Below are positions 48,211 to 62,286 of a DNA stretch of 64,000 bases, piece by piece. Position 1 is the first letter of the stretch. Each line of letters opens with the position of its first letter. The notes beneath the pieces are model-generated. The model was given only the letters and a program-made list of their open reading frames with translations, was not told the DNA's origin and ran no database searches. The stretch spans positions 64,968 through 128,967 of the forward strand of contig JAAOMT010000231.1 of NCBI GenBank assembly GCA_016748015.1, given 5' to 3'. Made by a program: the position numbers and the translations under genes. The stretch comes from Geosiphon pyriformis uo1. Its lineage: Eukaryota > Fungi > Glomeromycota.

Positions 48211-48840
48211 TTAAGCTTTATCAAAATCCTTATTTTGAATTATGTCAAATACTTTTTTTTCGAGTAGTGTCTATTCCATCCTATTTTTTATTTTTTTAAT
48301 TTGTGAGTTGTTCATTTTTTCTCATTGGTTGATGGTTATTGTTTCCATGTCAGAGTGTAACAATACTTTTGAGTAGTTTTGAAATATAGTATGTAATTAA
48401 TAAATGGTCTTAATGTGTAGTGTCAAGTTTGTTTTCTTTTTAATAATGTTTTCAATGTTCTGGATTATCTTTTGATTGAAGATTCTCTTGGATTTGTCAA
48501 GATATAATTTCTGAATATCTACTTTTCATTCCAATTGATAGTAGCAGTATGGTATTGGAAGTTGGTCTATTTATTGGTTCTAATTTTTTTTTGTTAGTTT
48601 TTCTGTTGAAACAATGATGGTTATTTTTTCAAAAGTGTTTTTTACTTTCTCTACTATTTTAGCTGACCAGTTTATTAATTGTTTCTGTAATTGCTGATAT
48701 GGTGTACTTTTTTCTTTTTGTTTGGTGTTTCAATAACAGATTGTTTGGTTGTTAATGATAATTTCCATGTTTACTTGTTATTGACTTAAAGCCTGAAACA
48801 ATTGTTGAACTAAAGTGTGAATATAGTCTGGTATTTCTAT
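48211..48840 (-). pseudogene. A3 ORF3 (divergent type), disrupted
   Basis: Manual translation EIPDYIHTLVQQLFQAL...YCYYQL..VDIQKLYLDKSKRIFNQ...TITINQ.EKMNNSQIK; collinear with, but strongly diverged from, A1/A2 ORF3. Confidence 0.72.
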
Positions 48841-48899
48841 TTTTCTTTGTTGCTTTTGTTATGTATATTGTGTTTTTATATATTCTTTTGGTTGTTTAA

Positions 48900-51800
48900 T
48901 TTGATGTGTTTGGTTCAATAACTATGATTGGTTCTAGATCTCATGAGATCTCATTTGGTTGAACTAGTATTCTCTGTGCTTTTAGTTGTAGAATATTACT
49001 AGTGGATGCTGATATTATGTTTTGATATAGTTTTAGTCGATCTTTATGTGCTGTTTTGGTTAAAATTTTGTTGTTCAATCTTAATTTATAAGCTTTATTT
49101 CTTAGAATTTCTTCTATATGAAATGGTTTATCCCATTTGGGATCAAATTTTTTACTCTATTGTTTTTCTGCTTTGGTATGATGTAAAAATACTTTGTCTC
49201 TAATCCTGAATTTGACTGGTTTATCTGGTAATTGGTTATTATGTTTTTTTTTTGTTTTTCTTGTAACTTTTAGATGTTATCAGCTGCTTTTTGCTATTTG
49301 TTTTCTAATGTCTTCATTAAGTCATATGTTCTTTTTAGCAATATTTTTTGAAAATTTTTTTCTGTTATTAATTCTGTTGGATATGTTTTAACTTTTATTT
49401 CAATTGGTAATATTGCTGTTTTACTGTATACTAATTTAAATAGTGTTGTTTGTATAGTGTCTTGCTTTATTGTCTGATAAGCAAATAATACTGATGGTAT
49501 AAATAAATTCCATTTATCTTAGTTTTTTTGGCTGATTTTGGCAATTGTTTCACAAAATGTTCTATTAAACTTTTTAACTAACCCATTTGTTTGTAGATAG
49601 TATGATAATGATACTGGTCTTTTTATTCCAAATCATTGACTTAATTCTGCTAATATTTTATTCACAAGTGAGTTTCTTGATCTGATAATAGTTCTTTTGG
49701 ACATCTATGTTGACAAATCAAATCTTGATGAACAAATTCAGTAATGAATTCTGCATCTGTTCTTTGAATGGCTTTTGCTTCTGGCCATTTTGTGAAATAG
49801 TTTATAGCTATTGCAATATATTTGTTGCCTCTACTGGTTATTGTTAATGGTCTAATTAAGTCAATTCTAATACAATTAAATAGTTGTCCCACTTTAATTG
49901 GTCTTAATGGTTTACTGGGTCTTGTTTTTTCTCTTCTCTGACAAGCATCACAATTTTGAACATATTGGATGATGTTTGGATATATTGATGGCCAATAATA
50001 TTTTTTTCTTATTTTTTCTATGGTTGCTTTTTTGTGAAAATATTCTGCTGTTGGATCTGAGTACATGTTGAATAATATTGTCTTTTTTTCTGGTTCTGTA
50101 ATTATTCTGATTGGTTGATTTGGATTTTTTTTGTTTTTCTGGTAAAGTATATTTTAATAATTGATAAAATATTTTGATTGTTGTTTTATGTTGTTTTGTT
50201 TTTTTTGAGATAATTTCTCCTTAAACAATTGGATATTTATATAATGTTGAAGTTGTTGGTATTTTTGTATATTCATTTTTTGTTATATTTTTGGGTTGAA
50301 ATGTTTTTAGATTTGTTTCATTCATGACAAACCATCAGCATTTCTATTTTTTTTTCCTTTTTTGTAATGTACTATATAATTAAATGGTAAAAGTTCTATT
50401 TTCTATCTAACATGGTGATTATCTCCAAATTTTTGCTTCTGGATTGAAGTCAATTCTTTATGATCAGTATACACATCAAATTTTTGACTCAAGTATTTTT
50501 TCTATTTAATGACAGCCCAATAGATAACTAAGTATTCTAGCACTGAAGTTCTATAGTTTTTTTCAGCTGGACTTAAGCTTCTACTGGCATAAGCTACTGG
50601 GTGTTTTCATCCATCCAGTTTTTTTTGAGATAGTACTGCTTCTAATGCTTGACCAAATGCATTAGTTGTGATTATAAATGGCTTGTTATAATCCAGGTAG
50701 ATCAGTACTGGAGCTTAAATATGCTTTTTTCTTAATGTATTAAAAGCTTTTTGCTGAGTTTCTGTTCATTTATATTTGGTGTTTTTTGTTTGAAGCTGGT
50801 ATAATGGCTGAGCCAATTTGGAAAAGTCTTTGATAAAATAGCAGTAGTAATCCACAAATCCTAAGAATGCTCATAGTTCCATTAAGTAGGTGAATACTAG
50901 AAAGTTCTTAACTATTTCAATTTTGTCTGGATCTGTTTTGATTCCATTTTTGCTCATGACATGTTCCAAAAACTTGAGTTCAGTTTTTCCAAAGAAACAC
51001 TTGGTTGCATTTAATTTTAATCTGGCTCTTCTTAATCTTTCAAATACTTGTTGAAGATAGTATAAATAATTATTAAATGTTTTGAAAAACACGTTGGTAT
51101 TATTTAAATACATGACTACTGATTTTCATAGTAGTCTAGTATAAACAATTTTCATAAGCCATTGGAATATGGCTGGAGTATTCATCAAGCTAAATGACAT
51201 AACCTCAAATTCAAAATTTTCTTCTCAAGTTGTAAAAGCCATTTTTTCTTTATTTTCTGAGTTCATGGCTACTTGCCAGTAACTACTGTCTAAACCTAAA
51301 GTTAAAAACTATTTCTTTCCTCCAAAAGCATCAAACAGCTCTTGGATTTTTGGTGTTGGATAGCTATCTTTTTTGGTTACTCTATTCAGTTTTTGGTAAT
51401 CCACACAAAAGCAGATTTTTCTATTTTTCTTATGGACTAGTATCATTGGTAATGACTATGGACTCATTAATAGCTAAATTAGTCTATTGTCAAGTATCTG
51501 ATTGATTTCTTGACAAATGATCTCATGGCTGGCTAGTGGTACTCTGTATGTTCTTTGTTTAATTGGCATTACATCTCTAGTCTTAATCTGATACTGAATT
51601 ATGTCAGTTCTGCCAAATTTATTTTTATTGGCAAAGATGTTGTTTGTTGAGTAACATCTTGAGTTGCATATATTATAGTGAGTTTAGATTTTCTAAGTTC
51701 ATCTGTTCCAATTGTTTTGGTTGAAGCAGATAACATTTTTTTCATCCATATATTGTTTAAGATGTGATATCTACATATCTACACAGTTGTGGAAAGTCTG

Positions 51801-54800
51801 GAATGGTGTTTGGCAATTGGTTCTCAATTTTAGTGGTTAAATATCCAATAATAGTTTTTTTTGGTATTTTGATGATGTTTTCCGTGTTGTTATAAATAGG
51901 AATTTTGATGTGATGGTAATTCTTGGCTGGTATGTATAGATTGACTAATCCAATTTTTCTTGATTCACAAAGTGTTGATTCTGCCTCAAAAATCTGTACC
52001 TGATCTTTCACTTTCCTCTCTATAACTAATATGTACTGGTCATATAGTGGAATGGAAATTGATTAATGAGTGGAGATAATTTTTTTCTTGTTAACATTTT
52101 TTTTCTCTGTCATATTAACTGGTACATCTATTCTACTCATTGATCTGAAACTCTGTATCTCTTTAGCTGTAATTCTTAATTCTTCCCTGTTTCCCACTGA
52201 TACTAATTGAGCTATTTTAACCAGAGGCAGGAATATTGCCTGTACTATCTTTTCATTTGGCTTTATGATATAGGTTTTTTCTAAGTCATTTTGTAATATT
52301 GCAATGATATTTTTTACATATTCTGTGTCAATTATCTCTCCTCTGATGTTGATTTCTTTTTTTGCTAAATTACTCTTAGATACTAGTTGAATTATTGTTG
52401 TTGCTGAAATTTCTAGTGCTATTTTGAGATCAATGCAAGTGCACAAATGTGATTCCAATTTGATGGCATCTTTTCTCGAATATCTCAGATTAAATCCTGC
52501 ATCCATATCATATGCATGTTTAGGCATAATGTTTTCATTATTATCATTAAACCATTTCAGAGTCTGCTCCTTGGTAAGATCAGGAAGTGTAATGTATTGT
52601 TTAGGGTTTAAATTTGAGTCTAAATCATTGTTGTTGTTGTTGCCAATTTGCATAGAACTAGAACTGTTGTTTTCATTGTCATTGTTGTTGGAGTTTGAAT
52701 TGGGATTGAAAGTTGATTCCAATTCTAATGCACAGCTGCTGATTGGTTTTTTTTCTTTCTGGATCATGTAAATTATACATAGTGGTAGATTGTAAATAAG
52801 ATCACACTCATTACAATATTGGAAGTCACAAGGAATTAAACAATGATCACATAGTTGAGTGTTTATTTTTTTCAACCATTGCTCTTGTTCTTCTCAAATG
52901 GGTGCTAATTCTTAGTAGTGCTTGTAGAATTGTTCTGAGTTCATAGGCTCTAGGATAATATCTGGGTTTGGGTTCCAGTTGAGTTTTATGAGTTCTGGTG
53001 AGTTGTTTTTGATTATTTTTATTTCTTTTAGTAACACTCCTTCAATTTTGGTAAGTGCTATTTGCCAGATTTTGTTATTGTTATGTGGACAACTGTCCAG
53101 ACATTTTACTATTCTTCTCCAGGCAGCTTCTATAAGAGTCCCTTTTCTTATTCATTTACTGATTAGAATTGTGTATTGACATAATTTGTCACAGATTCCT
53201 TCTTATCCAGGAATGTCATTCCATATTCTTTTGTCTAATAAAGTTTTTTCACAAGTGAAACAAGGTTTGTTGTCTCATTTTCCTTGCCATTTTGGTCATC
53301 CAAAGCATTCTAGAACATAAAAGCGACAGTAAAATTTGGTTGCTGTAGAGTATTTCTCATTGTCACTCCAGCACGTGCTTATTGATAACAATTTCTTACT
53401 GCAATCAACATATACCAGTTTTGGTCAGCAATAGTTAAATGATTGTGTTAAAGTATAGGTGTATAGAATATAAGTGGTGGTGGTAGTTGGTATTGGCTTT
53501 TCTTCCTTCTCTTTTTCTTTTTTTTTGTTATTCTCTTTCCACTCCCAAGTTGGTGTCAGTTTAGTGCCATTATTGTCAGTTTACCATGTTTGGTCAGTAT
53601 TTTTGGTAAGTTCTTCTTTTTGCTTTTCCTTTTTGTTATCTCAGAATAGTACTGGTGGTAGTTTGTTGTGATCAGTATTGGTCCATAAAACTTGATAGGC
53701 TTCCCAAGTAGGTTTTTTTTTCTTTTTCAAATTTTATTAGTGGTGTGGTTGTCATGTTTGTTCAAAAGTGGCTGTACATAACTGGTACACATATGTGCTA
53801 ACTGTTTATACTGAATTAGAGCTTTTGCGTAGTCCAATCAAGCATGACATTGGTTTTGGACAACTAATTATTGCCAACTAGTGCTTAGTATTACATTGCT
53901 TCTATTACCAAGACTTTAATAAAAGTGACAATGCTGTTGATTTCAATGAGTAAGTTATCTATTTCACCAATTGGTGTCTTGGTGGCTCTATCAGCTGTAA
54001 TTATCCTCACACTGACAGCTTGATCAACTCGGTGATCTAATTGGTCCATGAGTTGTCATGTAATAATGCTGTCTGCTAAATCACTATTTAGGATCAGTTT
54101 TATGGCCTAACCATCAACTTTAGCATTAGTGTACATAGCAGTGATGGGTTTTTCTTCGAGTGTGGCTCCACTGAACAATAGTGTTTGTAATGGTTCCTTG
54201 AATTCAAATGGGAAAATTGCTGCTAGTAATTTGTTATTAGTTATGGTGGCTGGAAGTATGTTGTTGTTAAGTGATTTGGTTTGGTTGGATTCCTGGTTGT
54301 TGGATGAGGCATCTTCTGAATTAACCAAAAGACTTAAATAGTGTTAGAAATTCGGGTTTTGGGCATATTTAGCCTCCAAATTCTGAGAGCATGTTCCTGA
54401 TTATTGGGTGGAAGAGCTGAGAATTGGTTAATAAACAACTATTGCCGATCTCCAGTTTTGTTGTGTTATTTTCAGCCTTTGTATTCCAATTTGAGATAAG
54501 TTTTGTGATGGTGTTTAAATTTGTTGGGGCTGGTATATTACTTGTGGCATGGATTGATAAATGACAAGTGTTGTCAGTTGATAAATTAGAGCTTGATATA
54601 CTGGTGATTAATAAATTAGCTGTTGGAGCATTTGGGTGTAATGAGGTGTGTATTGATCCTAATTTGGGTATTGATTCAGAGTTTGAAACCTGCAATTCTG
54701 GTTTTGATATTAATTTCCTGATTATGAGGTATTATTATAAAAATGGCAGTTAATTCTCAAATGGCCTTGTTTACCACACTTGTGGCAGATACACATCTCT

Positions 54801-56473
54801 TACTGCCACAGTTGATTAAATAATAATAAAGAACATAACTGATTTTAGGAATGAGTCATGTTTCTGGAATTATTGCATTATTGGGATGGCTAATAAATTT
54901 TGCAATTGTCAGCTAAGTATCTTTCTAATTTCTGATTAATTGAATTACTAAGTTGTTTCAATTTAGAATCTAAGTCAGATGATCTATTTATAACTAGGTT
55001 TATGGCTTGAGTGTGGTTAGTTTTGAGCTCAGCTGCTTCAAAATCTCTAGCATTTGTGACTGTGGCCTAAAGATTTGCTAAATATAATAGACATATGTAT
55101 TGAAAAATGCTATTGTACAGACCTCTGATAAATTAATTTAGAATTTGTAGTGCTGTGAAATAATTGGCTTGAATTGTCTGAATTTGGTGCTGATTCTTAT
55201 GAAAGTGCTCTAGATAGGTAATAACTACTTCATTTTCTCCTTGTTTGATGGTGGTAAAGGTATTTGCTAGATGATTAATACTATTATTGTTACTAAAATA
55301 TTGGAGGAATGCAAGCTTAAATGTATTAAAATCCTGAGATTTGTTGGCCAAGCTTTGATACCAAGAGTTGACAGTATCTTGAAGAAAATAAAGAATTATT
55401 TACATGGCTCTGGCATCATTCCATCTATTGGCTGCAATGGCTTTTTCTATATCATTTAGCCACACTTGGGCATTATCTTCTTCACTGGTGAATTTTTTGA
55501 GTTTTGCTATTGGAGCATAGGCCATTGGATCCAAGTTTGGTTGTTGTGATTGTTGAAGAAATAATTGCTAAGGTAGTATTGGCAGCTGTTAAAGTTGTTC
55601 AACAATCAGATCAATTAGTTATTAATTGATGACAATTTCTAGAGGTAAGTTTTGCTGATTAATTAACTTGGAATTTGAATTGTTTGGAGTTTGCTGAATT
55701 TAAATATTTGGAGTTTCAACTTCCAGATTTTCTAAAATTGAGTTTTGGTAATTAAATTCCTAATCTTCTTCTTCTTCTTCTGAAGCTATTATCTCTTAAA
55801 GACTTGCAATTCCAAAGTCTGGTAAAGATAATGGTGATCAGAATCCTGATGGTATTGGCAATTACAATTAAATTCTTTGAAGTAATTACTGTAAGTTTCT
55901 AATAATTTTGCTTTTTTTTGTTTACTTTGAAATAAGAGTTGTTCAAATGTTAATGTTGCATTTGATGTGGATGCATCTGCTGATATAATATTGATAGTAC
56001 TTCTGGGTGTGTGGTAATATGATATATATAATAAAGATTCAATTCTTTGTTTCTTCCATATTAGTAATTATATTCTTTTTGGAGTTACTGCTGATGTTTG
56101 TAGCTTTTTTTACTTTTATCTGCATAGATAATGGAGAATTGTTGTTGTATGTATCTTTCAATTGCTTGATTAATTTCTCTGATGATTGGTGCAAAACTGT
56201 AATTCGTGGTAAGCTGGTGTGTTAGATTAATTCTGTATAGAAATTTTTTCTTGCTAATTTAATGTCAACTGGTCTTCTCAGAAAATCTGTGATTTTTTTA
56301 TTAATGTAAAAGTTGAAGGCTGATTCCACTAGATAATAGTTGTTGGTTAAGCCCAATTGTTGGCTGTACTGTTAAAATAAGGATTTAGCAAATCCTAAAT
56401 AGTTTGTTCCTATTATTTCTGATTCTGTCACTTTTGGATAATTATTGTTGGTGCTGGTTTTTTGTAAGATTAT
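48900..56473 (-). pseudogene. A3 gag-pol with dUTPase (~52135-52528), disrupted
   Basis: Integrase 49662..50066, RT 50871..51113, dUTPase within 52063..52875, protease ~53850-54110, gag 55133..55351. Confidence 0.9.
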
Positions 56474-56493
56474 ATCTTACAGGGAGCACCAAA

Positions 56494-57358
56494 TGTTACA
56501 GATGATTATTTGGAGTCTCAAAACAAACAACAAACTTATAACTTGGTGCTCAATTGATGTAATAATGTTGGTTTTTAAAGGTTAACTGTATCTGAAGGTT
56601 TTTGTTGAGTTCTTTATATAATAGACAGAGATTCCAATGTGATTTTCTTTAAATGGTGTTTTTAGTGTTAATCTGTGAGTTATGTAGTTGTTGTCTATTA
56701 CTTTTCGGAATTGCAATTTTGTCAATTTTTTTCTTGACATAATGGCCGGCAATTTCCTGGTAAGCTACCCTTATTCTTGGGTCTTTTACTAGTGCTATAT
56801 CTTGATGTCAGTAACTTATCACTTTAATCCTTTAATCAATTAGTATACAACAAGAAAATAACAAAACAAAGAAGAAAAAATAAAAGAAAATAAAAAAATA
56901 AGCCAAGGCAATGAATGTTAATATCCTGTTAATAGTTGTGATCAAGAGCTATTGTTCTAGTGTGATTAAGTATTAATTATTATCAACATAAAGTATTGAT
57001 AGTAGGAAGTAGATTTGAGATATTGAATAATTATTTATTGATATTTGTGGTGTAAAAGGTTGCTTAGATCAAATCTAAACTAAAAGATCTGTCTTTTTTG
57101 CTTCTAATGCTACTGCTATATATACCTAATTTATGTTTTATGAGATTGCTCACATTTTTAAACAGTGTGCTATAATTTCTTGAGCAATGCTCACATTGCT
57201 AAGCAATGTGCCCTAATTTTCTAATATTGCTTCATATTGCTGAGCAATGTGCTGTAATTTCTAATATTGGTCTACATTGCTGAGCAATATGCTCACATGC
57301 TAATTACTACTCCCTTATTGGTCTACTATTTTCTATATCTGTTTTTTTATAAGTAACA
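56494..57358 (-). repeat. A3 5' LTR
   Basis: TGTTA...TAACA termini; adjacent PBS. Confidence 0.93.
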
Positions 57359-60300
57359 ATAAATGCCTCAGTAATAATTAACATTTTTCTTGAGTAGCTA
57401 ATTGAGAGAAAAGGCGATTTTGGAGAAATCCTTGATAAATTTATGATAGTAAAAAGCCAAACCAAAAAAAGAGCATAGTTCAGAAATATTCATTGGTTGT
57501 CTAATGTTTTAAACTTTTTCAACTTTAGCTGAATCAGAAAAAATTCCATCTTTTGTAATAAGATGACCAAGAAACTGGGTGGATTGGTGTTCAAAGAAAG
57601 ATTTAATTTGATTTATCTTAAGGCCAGTATTTCTGAGCAAGTCAGAAATCTTCTGCAAATGTTCAAGATATTCATTCCAGATTTTTGAATAGACCATTAT
57701 GTCATTTAAGTAAACCAGAACAAAGTTTTCTTTTACTGATTCAAATACTTTGTTTATTAGGTATTGAAAAGTGGAAGAGACATTAGTGAGACTAAAAAAC
57801 ATAACTGTGAATTTATAGGTGCCATACTTGGTAATGAAAGCAGTTTTCTTTCTGCTTTTTGGATCCATCTCTATTTGCCAGAATTCAACAGTTAAGTCAA
57901 TAGTTGAGAAGAAAGCAGCACTATTGAATTTGTTTAGTATTGCATCAATTTTGGGAAGTAGATACATATCTTTTATAATAATAACATTTAATTGGCAGTA
58001 GTTAACACAAAAGTATAGGGTTCCATCTTTCTTGAATACTACTACAACTGAAAAAGCCCATTTACTCTTGGTTTTTTGTATAAATCTAAGATTTTTTATT
58101 CAGTTTATCTCTTTCTTAATAAACTTATCATTGTGTTGATTGGATTAATAAGACTTCAAATAAATAAAATGAGTTTTTTTGGTGATAATAGTGTGTTGTA
58201 TTACATAAGTTTGTTCAGAAGTATTACTTTCTTTTGAAATAACTGGGTTATTTCTAGCCAACAGATTTTCAATGTCTATTTTTCTTATTTTAAAAAAAGT
58301 TTTCTTTGGTTTACTGCAAGTAATTGGATTTCAGATAATTTATTCTCAAAAGACTTTTGTACTTTTTTTAGTTCTTCTTTGAATATCAAACTAATTGGCT
58401 CTTAATTTTTGTAATAAATCAGACAGAACTTATATTCATTATTAAGAAAATACAAAAGTTTATTACACCAGCACTTGGTACAAGAGCCATGCTACCAATA
58501 ATTGTATTTTGTTTTCTTGCTAGGTTTTCTATCAAAGGTTTTTCTGAGAATATAATAGTAGGGCCAGCAGATTAGCTTGCCATTTATCATGATTTTTTTT
58601 TGTCAGCTTTTATATTGTCCAATGACTTGCTATTGTTGGTGAAGATAGTATTGGTGAGTTCAACAGTTTTTTCTTGTTTTTCTTAATTTTCTTTTTTATA
58701 ACTCTTATCATTATCTGATTCATCTGATTGTTCTTTTTCTTGGTTTTGCTTGGATATTAAAGAAGTTGTCCAATAACAGTATTTAACTACAATGGGTTTT
58801 TTATTACATCTGATAGTCAGCTCACAAAATTCATAATCAAGAAAGGCTTTTGCTTTCTTAAGTCATTTATTACCAACAATTATTGTGTATTTTTTGGCTT
58901 TAGATACCTTTATGTTAGTTTCAATGCTGATACTATTGATGTGAACAGAAATGGCTTTGGTTATGTTCAGATCTTTTTTTTTGTTACTATGTACATTGGT
59001 CATTGGTCGAATAGAAGACTCATCAATCTTTCTGCCAATTGCTTCAAGAAAGTGTTTGGCAATTACACTAACAGATAATCCACTGTCTAGAATTAGATCA
59101 ATAAAGTAACCAGCCACTTGGGCTTTATAAATCAAAAGAGTAACATTACTGTTATCAGTAAGTTCAGCTTGGTAAGAACATTTGTTAGTTTTTGGTGTTT
59201 TTTTCTTTGGTATTAATAATTTGCAAAGATCTTTTCTGAACTGTGGATGGATCATTAATTGGCCAAATGTAATATGTGCTAAAGTTTTTATAAGATTTTT
59301 AACAACAGAATAGGGACCAGATTTTTGTACTATTTCTGGGGGTTTCAACTTTGGAAAATTTTTAAAAACTTTAGCCTTTGGTGGCTTATTGTTATTAACA
59401 GTTGATTTGGATGTCTTGTTTAAGTCCAAAACAAAATTAATCTTGGCTTTTTTTTTTTCTTGTTGATTCAGAGGTGTTAATTACTAGTTCATCCATATTA
59501 TGGTTATCATTAGTTAGATTAAAAGCATAAAAGGGGTTTTTTTCTGATTGGCTTGTACTTTTACTCTTTGAAGGTGCATCTACCAGTTTAAAAGTTGATA
59601 AACAGTGGCTTCAACTAGAGAATCCTCTCCAAAGAAATTAATGTTAGCATGATTGGATTTTTAATTAGAGGTGTTATTGTTAATAGTTCTGTTGGTTTGA
59701 TTGTCATTGTTTCTAGAAACTGGAGAAGACAATGGAAAATTGTTGCAATCTCTAAAAAAGTGTTCAGTTAATTTACAATGATAGCACACAGGTGGGCCAT
59801 AATTTTGCTGTCTTTGATAAGAAGATTGCTAAGGCTGATTAAAACAGAATTCAAATCTGGATCTTTGTGGTTGCTAATTATTTCTGACTGCTTGGGCTGA
59901 GGACTTTAATAACTGGACAAAATTGGCTGTGAGTCTATCTATCAATTGTTTATTAGGATCCAAAGTCTGGACAGCAAAAAAAGTAACAGCCATTTGAAAA
60001 GCAAGAGCCATAATAGAAACAAGAGCAAAAACTGATAATGTAGATCCCAAGTGCATCTTTTGGTTGTCTTCAATTTGTTGGACAAATTCAATGACCATGT
60101 CTATTGTGAGATTGTCTTTCAAGACCAGAAGGGACCAAAAAGCATATAAAAGATCAGTTCTCAATTTTTTTGTAAAGAAGTGAATTTTTTGTTTTTCTGA
60201 CCAGTTTTTTTCAGAGTCCATTCATTTAATTAATTTTTTAATGACTTTGACATATTCAGTCACAACTTTACCAGAGCCTTGAGTTTTTTTTTCTAATTCC

Positions 60301-61187
60301 ATACATTATTTTAAGATTAAGATAGGAGTTCTAAATTTAGTTTTAAAACCGAGTTGTAAAAGAGATATTTTTTTCTCCAGCATTTGTTGGTGTCCATCTA
60401 ATGATTCTTGGGTAAGCACCAGCATTGGTTTTTTGTGAGAACCAAGTAGCAAGAGAGCCTTGGAAGTAGCCATTAACAATTTGGAACTTGTATTTATTAT
60501 CATATTAGTTGGCTGTAACAGCTCTTTTAAAATCATCCAACCATTAAATTAGATCTTGTGTATCATCTTTAAATAAAGATAATAGGGTGTTGTTTCTTTA
60601 CTCTAGAACAGTTTGTATACTCTGAAGGGCGATCAGAATGTTTTATTGTATAGAGTCATTAGCCATTGGTTCAGAAGTAGCTGTTTGTGTGGAATATTCT
60701 AATTTACTTAAAAAGAAATCAAAAACAAAAGTGGTTTGATAGCTTTCTTTTTTTGTTTCAAAGAGTATTTCAGCTAACTAATAGACAGCAATTCAAATGT
60801 AAATTTGGTGATTTAAATATTCAGAATCAGAGAACTGTTGTTCAAAGATTGTTGAATATAAAAGCTAATTGATACTGTTGTTTTTTTCTTTAAAGTTGTC
60901 TTTAAAATAAGCTTGGTCAAAGTAATAGGTTATATAAGCTGTATAGGTTTTAGCTAAATGCTTATTTAGAAACCAGTTCCAAAAGTTTTAGAATTGTCGA
61001 TTAGATTATTCTTCAAATGAAAAAGCAAATCAAACAGAAGGGCAAAGAGTTAAGTTCAATAAAATTTAGATTGTTTTTGTTGTGTACTTCAAAGTGTTCT
61101 TTTGATTGTTATGGCAAGTATGAATAATTACCCATACAATAAGAAACAAAATGGATTTTGACAACCTCACAGAAAACACTACTTTTA

Positions 61188-61814
61188 TGTTACAAGTTGG
61201 AGTAACAAGCTAATGGATAATAAAGAAGAATAAGATTGTAGAGTGATAAAAGGAATTAAAGAGAATTTAACTTTAAAGAGCAAATTGAATAAGTATGAAT
61301 TTAAAGATAGAGAAATAGCTCATATTATTAACAAATGATCACACACTAGTATAATTCTATGCTTTATATCAGTATTTTTAGAATTCAATATCAGATATCA
61401 GATGTATTCTTCAGTTACATTTTATTTAATAATCTTCAAATGCTGTAATTATACATTTCAGGAAAAGGGTAAGAAATAACCAACAAGTAATCTTTTATTC
61501 TAAGATATTCAGATACTTGAAGGTAAGGAAAGAGAAATTAACAATAAGAGAATAATTGAGATGAAAGTTATTATTTTATTTCTTTTTTTTCTTTAATTCT
61601 TATATGTTTTTCTATAGCTAAGATATTCATTGCTTATATAGCTATCAAAAGTGGTTAATAATCAAATTAACAATTAGGTCAATGATTAAGTCAATAATTA
61701 GGTCAATAATTAGGTTATTAATTAAGTCAATGATCAGATCAATAATCACTATCTAAAAATAGAGCGGCTAATACATATGATAATTAATAAGAAGTATAGA
61801 TTTCAACTGTAATA
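61188..61814 (-). repeat. B1 5' LTR (internal deletions)
   Basis: Repeat of 25304-26034; decayed PBS at 61165-61181 with the TAAAAG spacer. Confidence 0.9.
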
Positions 61815-62286
61815 ATATTAATACTTTTAGAATTTAATATTAAATATTAAATATACTTTTTAATAATATTTATTCAATAATCTTTAATATTAATAGTTTT
61901 AGATAAATACCAACAAGAAATTTTTTATTATAAAAATGTTCAAATACTTAAAAAAATTTGGAAAAAATAAATAAATTAATTAAAAAAGATTGAATATTTA
62001 AATATAATTTTTATTATTTTGATTTATATATGTTTTATATACTTATATATGTTTTTTTAAAGTGAAAAAATATATTACTTATATAATTATTTAAAGTAGT
62101 TAATAACTAAATTAATGATCAGACTATTAATCAAGTTATTGATCACTTTCTAAAAAAAAAATGGTTAAATATATAATATTAATAATTAATACATATAATA
62201 TTTAATAAAAACTATGATTTATAATTATAATAATATAATAAAAAGCAAAATAAATTTTAATAATTTTACAAAAAACATTACTTTTA

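Larger units (their letters stand above)
47306..57358 (-). mobile_element. Ty3/Gypsy element A3 (family A, variant ORF3 and U3), inserted in the B1 RT-RNase H linker
   Basis: Paired LTRs; perfect TSD ATAA (47302-47305, 57359-57362); PBS at 56475-56491. Confidence 0.95.
26700..61135 (-). pseudogene. B1 gag and pol, disrupted and split by nested insertions
   Basis: Integrase 26888..27742, RNase H ~46890-47260, RT 57509..57967, protease ILDSG 58863..59429, gag 59874..60536; ATG at 61135. Confidence 0.88.
25304..61814 (-). mobile_element. Ty3/Gypsy element B1 (family B), interrupted by A2 and A3; own segments 25304-27804, 46599-47305, 57363-61814
   Basis: Paired LTRs; TSD ATAT (25300-25303 and 61815-61818); coding segments collinear with B2. 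Confidence 0.92.
18309..62232 (-). repeat. Decayed family-B solo LTR split in three pieces (18309-18476, 25229-25303, 61819-62232)
   Basis: The pieces join into one ~657 bp LTR collinear with 25304-26034; TSD ATAT at 18305-18308 and 62233-62236. Confidence 0.78.

Noticed and set aside
54369-54695. Possible +1 gag-pol frameshift in family A, suggested by this ORF ending just before pol
   Set aside because: Translation from the CCHC knuckle shows Gag continues in the pol frame (Q/P/Y-rich, with CAA>TAA stops); this ORF is an alternative-frame shadow.
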